Below, in pieces: positions 12,151 through 22,242 of a stretch of 32,552 bases of DNA. A program made the position numbers and the translations under genes. Position 1 is the first letter of the stretch. Each line of letters starts with the position of its first letter. This DNA is from Dimargaris cristalligena (Eukaryota), in the NCBI GenBank assembly GCA_003614675.1, contig ML002421.1, positions 1-32,552 on the forward strand, read 5' to 3'. The notes below the pieces were generated by a model that was not told the DNA's origin, searched no databases, and saw only the letters and a list, made by a program, of their open reading frames with translations.

Positions 12151-14786
12151 ATGGGTCAATATAAGCGTGAAGCCAATCGTCACAAGCGTGACGGGGGGTT
12201 CGAAGGAATTGGTAACCTGCGTCTCAAGGGTGAGAATTTCTACCATGACAACGCCAAGGTGCGTATGCGCAAGATGCTTACCGGCGGCCGGGCCACCCGC
12301 GATCGGACCGGTAAGATCATCAAGGCGGCGGTGTATCAAAGCACCGATGCCCCCGTCGGCCGCGTCGAGCCCAACCGCAAATGGTTCGGTAACACCCGGG
12401 TTATTGCCCAGGAGGCGCTGGAGACCTTCCGGGAGGAGATGTCCACCAAGGTCAATGACCCCTACCAGGTGTTGTTGCGCCAGAGCAAACTGCCCCTGAG
12501 CCTACTGACCGAGTCTAGCAAGGTACGCCCCCTTTCATTGATACTGAACCTAAATTGGCATTTCCCGCTCCTTTAGTAAATTCATCCCGACCCTGACCTA
12601 ACCACTCTGCTTTAATACCCATCGGTTTCTGAATCCACGCTAGATTCCGGCGGTTAACATGCTCGAGACCGAGTCCTTTTCCCATACCTTCGGGTCCAAG
12701 GCCCAGCGCAAGAAGCCCAAGCTTACTCAGTCGTCCTTGGAGGAAATGGCCTCTAATGTCGAGGACGTTCAGGAGAACTACCTGCCCACCAAAGACGGCC
12801 AGCTGGTTGCCAACCAGATTACTGATTACGTTGACGAGGCCCGCGATTGGGTATTCAACGCTGGTCAATCGAAGCGTATTTGGAACGAATTATACAAGGT
12901 TAGTATCACTGTCCGGGAGAGAGAGAGAGAGAGTTGTTAGAATACACGGGTGCATTACCGTCTATATTATTAGTGATATTTATATCCATCTCTCTAACTA
13001 ACGCCTGGAGTTCGATTATGCCATATTGGCCTTTAGGTGATTGATTCGTCGGACGTTGTTATCCACGTTCTCGACGCCCGCGATCCGAACGGTACCCGGT
13101 GTAAGAGTGTCGAACAGTATCTGAAAAAAGAAGCGAAACACAAGCACCTGGTTTTCCTGCTAAACAAAGTAGACTTGGTCCCCACCTGGGTAACGGTAAG
13201 TAGTAACCTTGATTAGCGTTTGATTCCACCCCACCCCACTGTCTAGCCTCTCGGCACCCGCAAAGATGGATTTCTGGCACTATCGACTAACTCACTGCCT
13301 CCCCTTAACTCCATTCCTGCCTAACACTTTTCCACCCACCAGGCCCGCTGGGTAAAAAAACTATCCAAGGAATACCCCACCCTCGCGTTCCATGCCAGTA
13401 TTAACAATTCGTTCGGCAAAGGCTCCCTGATCCAGCTCCTCCGGCAGTTTTCCAAGCTGCACTCCGACAAGAAGCAGATTAGCGTCGGGTTTATTGGGTA
13501 CCCGAACACTGGTAAGAGCTCCATCATCAATACTATCAAGAACAAGAAAGTGTGCAACGTGGCCCCTATTCCAGGTGAAACTAAGGTAGGTTATACCCCA
13601 CTCATGCTCACGCGGAAGGCAACCTGAATGCTCGCAACCTCTCCCTTGCTATTTTTTTGTGGCCCCATGTTCAATTCACCCGGGGGCATAACTAACGCAC
13701 TACTCGTAATATCCAACTTTGGCGATGGGCTGATCCGTCTCGTTGTATTTCTGATAGGTCTGGCAATACATTACCCTAATGCGCCGCATTTATTTGATCG
13801 ATTGCCCTGGAGTGGTCCATCCGTCGTCGGAGGACTCCGATGCCGATATCGTACTGAAGGGAGTGGTGCGGGTGGAAAATGTCAAGATGCCCGAACAATA
13901 CATTCCCGACCTGCTCGCCCGAGTTCGGCCGGAATACCTTAGCAAGACCTATAACGTCGAACGGTGGAGCGACCACGAGGAGTTCCTCAGTCTCATTGCC
14001 CAGCAGTCCGGTAAGCTCCTCAAGGGGGGCGAGGCCGATTTGCCTACGGTGGCTAAGATGGTGCTGAACGACTGGCTCCGTGGTAAGATTCCCTACTTTG
14101 TGCCCCCGCCCGATTCGGAGAGCTTCATGGAAAAGCAAGCCGAATTAGAGACCCGCGCAATCGAGGCGGAGACGGAGGCTGAGGCGGCGACCAATGGCGA
14201 ACCCACCAAACGCCGTAAGCGCGCGGAGATTGGGGTTGAACAACAGTTCTCTAAGATTCTGGTACTGACCGAGTTTCTGCCGGTCGATCTTCACGACGCC
14301 GAGGCCGAGGAGGAGGAAAAGAAGAATGCTAAGGAACAGGCGAATTCCACGACTGATATTGACCTGTCCAAGGACACCCTGTTTGAGGAGGCTGAGGCCG
14401 ATTCAGCGGCTGCCGAGCCGGACTGGGACGAGATGTTCCAGAGTGTGGTGGCCGAGGACAAGGCCACCATTGAAAAGCCTACTCCAGCGGCCACCCGCGG
14501 TGGGAAGGTGCGCTCTAAACGGGATATCCCTAGCGACGACGACCAGGATATCGAGGAAGAGCAGCAGGAGGAGGTAGGGGCGGAGGGTGACGACGACGAC
14601 GACGACACCGACTCTCGGCGCAAGTCCAAGAAGAGCGAGCGTGTGACCACGAACAAACGCAAGGTCGGTGTTCACTACTACGAATCAGCCAATGTCAAGA
14701 ACCGCAACCGCAACAAAAAGCGGCCCGTGGATCCCTCCCGCAAGGCCAAAGAACTCGCCACCACCCGGCGGTCCCGGACGCACTAA
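12151..14786 (+). CDS. NOG2: Nucleolar GTPase Nog2 (60S biogenesis, circularly permuted GTPase), 685 aa
   Basis: Exons 12151-12522, 12644-12898, 13037-13195, 13343-13585 and 13758-14786, all GT-AG and in frame. Motifs: NGP1NT (GENFYHD...[15 protein letters not shown]), [20 protein letters not shown]4 NKVD, G1 [20 protein letters not shown]3 DCPG. Acidic/basic C-terminal tail. Confidence 0.97.
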
Positions 14787-15445
14787 ATAGTAGAGACTGC
14801 TCCCCGGCCTAAGTGTGCGGCCCGTTTTCATTATAATTATCCTGCCAGGGTAGTAAGCGCTGACCTTGGTCCACCGACTCTTTTCTACTACTGTTGTCGT
14901 TGTTGCTGTTTTTTCTTTGACCAGCAAAAGGGGCTGCTTCGTCCCGTATTTCTTATATAGTAAACCCATCCGTTATAGTTCCCGCCCCTTTGTATATCCT
15001 TCGAGGCCCGTTGGAGGCTGATTTTGGTGGCCACTCGATTGATGCGATAGACGCCGGCTGCCTGGAATTTTAAGCAATGTAGAGTAAACCATTTTGACCC
15101 AGTCGTGCAATATTTGGTAAGATGGTTAAGATTAAGTTATCTATGAAGGGTACGCTTAGGCGTTCATGGGTATAAGTCTGGAAGCGAAGGACCCGAGATT
15201 GAATTTATTCGGTTATGAATATAACAAATCACAATATCCTTCCATAGTATTTACCCCCGAAGCCTTCTCCGCCTGCCTCCTTTCCCTCCCTGAGTGAATA
15301 GTTGACCACTTTGTAAAAATCCATCCCCTATACCCGTCAGCAAGTTCCTTAAGATTTGATTATTCAGAGCACGAATAAGCCCCACACTGCGTTTACCTTT
15401 CCGTTAGCCGGCGTCCCTGGTAGCCCCGAAGAGGACCAACCCCAG

Positions 15446-15579
15446 GTAGGGTGTGACTTCCCCGTCATCTACGTCTGCCTTCTTTATTGCATTTGCCTCC
15501 TCATTGCCCGTTGCTTTTCCCTTGCCCATCCTTCCCTGGCGCTGATTCGCACGCCCCGACCCCATTCCCTCTACCTTAG
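15446..15579 (+). other. Possible 5'-UTR intron of VPS36
   Basis: CAG|GTAGGG donor at 15446, pyrimidine-rich AG-free body, GCTGAT branchpoint at 15541-15546, TTAG acceptor at 15579. Confidence 0.45.
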
Positions 15580-15634
15580 CCAAAGAGGCCCATTATACCC
15601 AGGTGTGCGACGGTCGCGCGCCCTTGACCTATTT

Positions 15635-18216
15635 ATGGACCGCTTCGAGCCGTTGGTACTAAGTCTCGCACTCCGTCCGGCTCTGCGGGAACATGAACCT
15701 ATACTTCTCATCCAAAACAAAGTGGGGCTTTACATTGGGTAAGTCGTGCTGCGACCTGGTCGTTCCATGTACGCCCCACTCGCACCACATTCCCTTCTCG
15801 CCCGTGCCTTTGGACCATTCCCCGGGACATGCGGTTGTACTAACCCATTTGGCACATCCATTACTTATTACCCCTCCCCATTGCCGGAACATTTGCTCAA
15901 CCCCTCTCCACTGGACGGCTCTTTCCGCGGCATGCCGGACTTATCTACCCAGCAATAAGAAGGCACTGGCATACAATGACGGCACCGTATATCTTACGGC
16001 TCAGCGCCTCCTTTACGTGGACCGGAAGGCCCCCCAGGACCATTCCGTATCCCTCGAGCTAGCCGCGATTAAGAGTATCCACTGGCAGGTAAGTTTATAT
16101 AGGGCTAGCCCGGCGAACTTCCGCTCCTCGACCTTCAATCCGTTGGACACTCCCCTCTCCACTTTGCTCATTCTCCGCCCCGGTTTTATATGTATTCGTT
16201 TTTATGGCCCCGTTGGCTGCCGTGGTATTCATGACATTGGATAGGCCGGCTTTCTCACGTCGTCCCCCAAAATCACATTCGATCTTTTTCCCCCTTCCGG
16301 TGGTACGGGGTCTCTGTCGATGGCCCCAGCCGATTCACCATCTGGGCACGCCCATTTAGCCGGCCGGGGTTTGGAGACTGAGCCAGGTCCCGTGGAATGG
16401 GAATGCAATATATGCCAGGCTGCCAACCCATCCCGGCTATCCAGGTGCGCCCTCTGTGGTGTAGTACGCGTAATGGAGGCCAGCGGGCGGGGGTCGAGTC
16501 GCGAGGGCCTTCCCGCTAGACCCGAGCCATCGTCGCCCTTGGAACTCGCTTGCCCCGCGTGTACGTTTCACAACCATCCCAGTATGCCCTACTGTGAACT
16601 TTGCGGCACGGCACTCGCTTCGGAGGCCCCCGCCGCCCCTCCAAGCGAGCCACCGGCTCTTCCCCCGTCGACGTCGGTGGACAGCATCAAATTATCCTTC
16701 CGGAACGGGGGATCCAGTGCCTTTATGGCGGCGCTGCAGGGTGCCCTCCGAGACGAAGCCTGGCGCGGCCGCTCGGATGGTCCCCTGGGCCATGATATCC
16801 CGGTCTCGGCTCGGGCCGAGTCCACGGAAAATGGCCCCGCCCGTCCGTTTCGATTGGACCCTTCGACCAGCCGAACCTCAGACCCTAATCTAGGTGGCAT
16901 TAGCCAAATTGTACGCCGGGTCGATGCATCCCACCGGGTGACGGACGATACGTTGTCCGAAGCCTTCCAGGACCTGGGGGCCCTCCAAGCCAAAGCCAGT
17001 CAGATGGTGACCCTTGCTGAGACTCTCATGGTAAAGACCAACCGAGACCTTACTCAATCACCCCAGCCCCACGGCTCCCCCGCCCGATCCGATACGTCCA
17101 GCTACCCTTCGTCCATTACCATGGCCAGTGGTACCGACTCTGGCTCGGCCAACTTCAAGAGCTGGCTTTTCAACCTCGGGATCGAAAGCCCCGTTACCAG
17201 GTAAGCGCACCGGCCCCTTTCGGCTTGATACCACACCTCCTTCCCGGGCTACCCATGGATAAGTGATAGCCGGCTGTCCCGAACCTTACCGGAGGGTACC
17301 TGAGGCGGGTTGCCCACCTCGGCTATGTGTCTGACGCTGCTTTGTTTATTCATTAATACCCTCCCCCTATTTTAACATTGCCGTTCTAGGGATTCGGCGG
17401 GCACCATATACCACCAGGAGTTGGCCAAAGAGCTTGAGGAGTTTTTGGAAAACATATTATTCCGGTTCGGCGGTATCATGACCCTAGTGGATGTGTACTG
17501 CCTATTTAATCGGGCCCGAGGCGTAGGTAAGCCTGAAGTAAATGCTGGACATTCGGATGATCCCCCCTTTATTAGAACATGTGCTAACTTCCCCTTCCAA
17601 TTTAAAACTGTGGCACTTTGGTTAAATTAGCGCTGGTGTCGCCGGAGGATATTTTCAAAGCCTGCCAGTCATTCGAATCCCATGGGCTCTCGTTAAGGCT
17701 GCGCCGTTTCCCCAGTGGCCTTCTTGCCGTCCAGTCCAGTGAACAGAGCGATCACGAGGTGGCCGAACGCTTCGGGCAGTACCTGCGCACATTCGGGGCC
17801 ATGACTGCCGCCGAGCTAGCGTCGTACGAGCAAATGGCCGTTCCCCTCATTTCGGAGCTACTCCTGGTAAGTCGGTGGGTTCCCTACGCAATGCACCCTT
17901 CTCGCTACATGCGTAGTCGCAATATACCCCAGTTGATTCTGGTCAGCCAGCAGGGAAGAATAGTCCATGGCTGGTCAAGGATAATTTTCACGATACTTAT
18001 ATCTGCCCATTGTGTAATTTCATTTTTGAATCTCCCTCTCTCTCACCCCATCCTGTAATGGCCCCTTACGCCTCCGATTTGGTCTGGGTGATTTTATCAT
18101 TTCACGGAATGCACTCGTGGTTTTTTTGGAAATAGGTAATTGAGGCCCGTGGCGATATATGCCGGGATGACTCGTTGGAGGGACTTAAATTTTATCCGAA
18201 TCGATTTTGTGAATAA
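15635..18216 (+). CDS. VPS36: ESCRT-II subunit Vps36 (split GLUE domain with two NZF zinc fingers plus winged-helix EAP30 region), 549 aa
   Basis: Exons 15635-15738, 15953-16088, 16245-17200, 17390-17526, 17631-17866 and 18136-18216, all GT-AG and in frame. Motifs: QNKVGLYIG|..GTVYLTAQRLLYVD; WECNIC..CALCG; CPACTFHNHPSMPYCELCG; IKLSFRNGG; LSEAFQDL; LGIESPVTR; YCLFNRARG; RDDSLEGLKFYPNRF. Confidence 0.95.
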
Positions 18217-18415
18217 CCGTTGGGTTTCCACCCGCCCAACCCCAAATGTTTTTAGATGACAGATTGTGCGTAGGCACTGGTACCGAACGATACAACACAA
18301 GATTGTACTCACCGACCAAGAGGGGTGCCTCCAGTAGAGAGCCAAGGGGGCACTGCCTGTCCCATTATTAAATGCAAATGAAGCAGCTTCGGCGTTGACA
18401 ATGGTACATGGGGGT

Positions 18416-19205
18416 TTATTGGGAGGCCTTCGGTTTGAGAATAACGGGATAGAGACGGAGGACCTTGGAAGTATGGTCGACGTACTGGAGCCGGGGGCCA
18501 GCCTCGGGTGGGGTACGGTCGTGGTCTGCGGGGATGGTAGTACGCATTAGGAGTAAGGGATATTTTAAAATCCGGCATACATTGGTGGATTGGGGGTTCT
18601 AAAACGACTGAACATGGCGGCAATAGGTGCATCAATACCTACCTGACTGGGCGGGGGCCCCTTTAACCGCAAAGATCAAACCGGATCCTAAGGCGTCCTC
18701 GTACTCACCACGGTAAGTGATACCGTCGATGACCATATACGGGGTGTCGGAATCGAGTCCCTAAGTTATTTGGCCGGGGCAAGGGTCCCAAGGGTATAGG
18801 ACATAGGGAAGTAGGACATAGGGAGGGTGGTCGGCGGGATTACTACTAGGGCCTAGGGGCGGTCAAGAGGGAGACCATGCGGGCAAATGGGGGCCCATGG
18901 GAGACTGGTTGTCGGACTACGTACCGTTATAGAATAGCCGACGTTGGGCTTCAACTGGGGTTCGTCCGAATTGATTTCCCTCTGCGGGTCGCATATGACA
19001 TAGGTCACCTAAGTACCGGAGGTGTGGGCAGACGCAGTACATGTACCAAATAGGATTAGCAGGTGGGGTGGGAAGAACAGGAATTGGCTCAAAGTACCCC
19101 ATTCGCCTCGGTAAATAGTGGGAGTACCTCATTGACTTCTTCGTATTCGCTATCGGAGGCCTCAAGGGACACTGGCGGAGGTTGACTGGGCTCTGGTGAA
19201 GACAT
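18416..19205 (-). CDS. TFIIIC subunit 6-like small protein (GTF3C6/Sfc7 family), 129 aa; absent from the ORF track
   Basis: Exons 19205-19128, 19008-18925, 18760-18643 and 18525-18416 splice in frame: MSSPEPS...SDSEYEEVNE|VTYVICD...GYSIT|GLDSDTPYMVIDGITYRGEYEDALGSGLIF...|...LQYVDHTSKVLRLYPVILKPKASQ*. An acidic patch followed by GLDxxxP...G..Y.G.Y....G..L.F matches the TFIIIC_sub6 pattern as I recall it. The first donor (GTACTC) is weak. Confidence 0.8.
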
Positions 19206-19651
19206 GCGAGGAGGGTATTAAGGGGAACTGAGGCAATGAAGGCTTCAAGTGGGCATTGGCCATTAACAACACACAGTGGGGGAGGGATAGGGTCATTGCT
19301 GCCCCAAATTCACCTGGTATCCGAACCACCTGCGGTGAGTAGAGGGAGGGGAACTGTTATGCTCTGCTTGGCCCATACCCACCCACCACCACACAGCCGT
19401 GTCAGCAATACTGGTTGCAGGGTGGATTGGATAGCAGAGGGAGGGTAGATCACATGACCGTTTGGCAGCAATTTTCCTCCGCCTGCCCAAAGCGGATGGG
19501 GACTATGGCGGCAGGTCGGGCAATGTCTGCCGCCGCTTAGGAGATGACCAGAAGTAGATAATTGACCATCGTAGCCTTCAATTACAGTCTCCTTCTCTTT
19601 CAACCTGCGAAGTAGCCGTCGTAATCTACATTGCCGTTCGAACCCTTCACA

Positions 19652-20363
19652 ATGGTAAGCCTCGCCCCGTTATCCTACGCCGCCAGCCGTGTCCCCTTCC
19701 TACCAAACCATCCATCCATCCTATCCATCCACCCCACCACCCGGTCGTTCGTCGAATCCACCCACCCCGCCACCCGGTCGTTCGTCGAATCCACCCACCC
19801 AGCCGCCGGGGCGTTCGTCGAAGCCATCCGCCTAACCGATTACCGCGGTCATCTGAACTCCCCGATTGATGGATAGGCCGATAGATGGATGTTTGGCACT
19901 GGGTGGGAAGGAACCTTACTCGCGAGTGTCGAGAGTACCCCACGAATCCAAAATGCTAACCTAACCGTTTCTCCCCTCCTTCCCACTATTGCCTGTATGC
20001 CAACTCTACCTCGAAACGCTCGTTTGTCGGTGTTATTGCATTGCCAACGAATCCCGTACTTGCCTGGAATGTGTCTCCGCCATTCGTAAACCGTACTATG
20101 CCGTGCCTGACCTACCGTGTCCTAATCACCGCCCATCTGAATGCGATTCGCTACTCTAGGATTCCCAAAAGCAACCCGTCAAGCTCGTCAAAGTCATCAA
20201 GATTCTGGGCCGTACCGGTTCCCGTGGTGGTGTCACCCAGGTCCGTGTCGAATTCCTCGATGACCCTACCCGTTCCATCATCCGTAACGTCAAGGGTCCC
20301 GTCCGCGTGGACGACATTCTGACCCTTCTGGAATCCGAACGCGAAGCTCGTCGCCTCAGATAA
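19652..20363 (+). CDS. RPS28: 40S ribosomal protein S28 (eS28), 68 aa; absent from the ORF track
   Basis: Coding exon 1 is just ATG (19652-19654), followed by intron 19655-20159 (GTAAGC...CTAG). Exon 2 (20160-20363) reads [67 protein letters not shown]. Confidence 0.97.
19723..19837 (+). repeat. About 3.5 copies of a 33-nt tandem repeat inside the RPS28 intron
   Basis: Units at 19741-19773 (CCGGTCGTTCGTCGAATCCACCCACCCCGCCAC), 19774-19806 and 19807-19837 (more diverged), plus a partial unit at 19723-19740. Conserved core CGTTCGTCGAA. Confidence 0.9.
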
Positions 20364-21378
20364 TCTCCTCAATTCTCTGTACGTCTCGCCCTGGCTCTCA
20401 CATCCCCTTGTACCGCACACCGACCTACTTAACCATATCACCCATTCCCGTCCGCTGTTGAATGTTGCGTGAGCTTTAGTTGTCTTTTTTCAGGTGATTC
20501 AGCTCCGCCGCCAGGCCCACTGGGTTCCGCTGTTTAATAAAATCGCTTACGGCCAAAGTTATATCTTCCTAGCCAAATTACCCAATCAGTTGGCAATGCC
20601 GAGGGGTTGCACAGTGATTTCAGGATTGGAAATGGTCCTCTAGAATGGACGCCGAATCGGGGGCTGTGTGTATGTTGTAGTTCTTTCCGGGCCTGTATTC
20701 GGGTACTATCGTTGTCTGGATGCCAACATTTCAAACCCGTCTCCTAATTCTTGCAGAACGGCTATTGTTGGGCCGCGGTGGGATATAGGCCAGCCTGTTA
20801 TGCTAGCAAATTAGTTTATATTGGAAACCCGCCCGTCGGCTTAGGCAAGCGACAGTTATGGGTCAGCAGTGACCCACCGAACAACACGTATTCATCGCCC
20901 ATTTCAGTCGTCGCCATTACAGTTAACCAAATCGACCAGGTAATCGGGCGTCACTCGTTTGATTCCTTATAATCCCCGACTAGGCTATAGATGGGGCTAT
21001 ACTAACCCTCCTGTTGATATAGTTTGTGAACCAAAGGTATGCTGGGCCATGTGTGAGTAGAGGTTGGCCGCCAGTTCAGAACAGCACTAAGCATGGCCAC
21101 TTCAAATCCCCCGTGCGCATTATTACAGGCCTGGAACTCCAGTTGACTACAATGACCTGTAATCCCGCCTCGAAGCTGGTTCTTGGTCTCCATTTAACGA
21201 ATATCAGTAAATGGGTTTAACCAAATTAATTGATAGAATATAGCAAATTGGAATCGCGGGGTAATAATGTGCCGCCATTTAATGTGGACCTATTTTCAGC
21301 CCAGTGGCCTGTTAAGTCTCTCGTCTAGAGTCGGCTGTGTACCCGACAGAAGGAGCACGCCAACCCTCTAAGTTCGAA

Positions 21379-21531
21379 ATGGTGTTGGCATTGCTACTTC
21401 TTACTCTTGTGGCTGATGCTAGCCCTGTCAATAATGACATGCCAGTAATTTTGCCCAAAGGCGATGTGGCCGGGGACCTGGTCATTCAGGCACCCCGGTC
21501 ATTGATGAATAACGAACCTATTCACGAGTAG
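21379..21531 (+). CDS. Candidate small secreted peptide (50 aa) or pseudogene fragment
   Basis: MVLALLLLTLVADA-SPVNNDMPVILPKGDVAG...: hydrophobic h-region with an A-x-A cleavage site followed by SPV. No recognised homolog. Confidence 0.3.
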   Translation: MVLALLLLTLVADASPVNNDMPVILPKGDVAGDLVIQAPRSLMNNEPIHE

Positions 21532-22242
21532 TAATGGGTCCAACCTCCGATGCTCGCTGGCTCACAAGGTTGCCCCAAGGATCCAAGGCCCAACGGGGAC
21601 AGTCTCATACGTGTTATGCATTACCAGCACTCCTGCGGTGGAATATAATCCGACTATATAAAGGGGTGCTCGGCCAACGTGATACTGCTCCCTTAGTTTA
21701 CTACAATCTCTAGTTAATAAAAATCCCTTATTACATTTGCTAGATCAACATTATTTTAACCCGTGTAGGACCTGCAATTAAAGGGATGTGGTGACTCTCA
21801 TCCGCACCTAGAGGACTAGTCTGGCTTCACCACCATCCCCGATAATTGGGTCTTACCCTCTTTGGCTATATTAATGGCTCCCAAAGCCGGCCCAGGGGGG
21901 AAGCGGCCATTTTTCGTGCCCACCGGTCCCAATAGTCGTAGAGGGCCCCTAGGTTCAGCTTGGGGATACTCCGGGAACAACTCACCTACGCTCCCGGATT
22001 CAGCCGGACCTGGCCCGTTCAACCCTCCAGAGCTTAAGAAGTCTCCAGGATTCCGATGCGCCCATTCGCATCGATTGCCATTGTCCGTCTTTTCCCCCTC
22101 GCTCCTGTTGACGGGTTTGCCGTGTTTACCCCAATGGCCCATGCCTGCTATACCCGTCTCATTCCATTCTCCCAGCAACGCCCTTCTACCCACGTCCAAA
22201 TCACCCCAACTTGCCCTTGATCCGCCTTTTTGCTGAACTACA

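Noticed and set aside
12523-13757. Intronic H/ACA snoRNA in NOG2 (S. cerevisiae NOG2 hosts snR191)
   Set aside because: The introns are only 121-172 nt, with much of that downstream of the branchpoint, and I see no H/ACA layout. An Infernal/Rfam search would settle it.
16320-16620. Two NZF zinc fingers inserted in the Vps36 GLUE domain
   Set aside because: This is the established fungal (yeast-type) Vps36 architecture and is not novel.
17867-18135. Two hairpins in VPS36 intron 5 (CTACGCA/TGCGTAG and GGTCAGCCA/TGGCTGGTC) as a possible snoRNA
   Set aside because: No correctly placed ANANNA, ACA or C/D boxes.
19723-19837. CRISPR-like reading of the 33-nt repeats
   Set aside because: Eukaryotic intron, near-identical linkers rather than unique spacers, and no cas genes.
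19655-20159. Stwintron (nested intron that rebuilds a splice site) in RPS28
   Set aside because: Excising 19995-20159 gives GCCT|GAT, which does not rebuild an AG acceptor. A cassette-exon model fits better.
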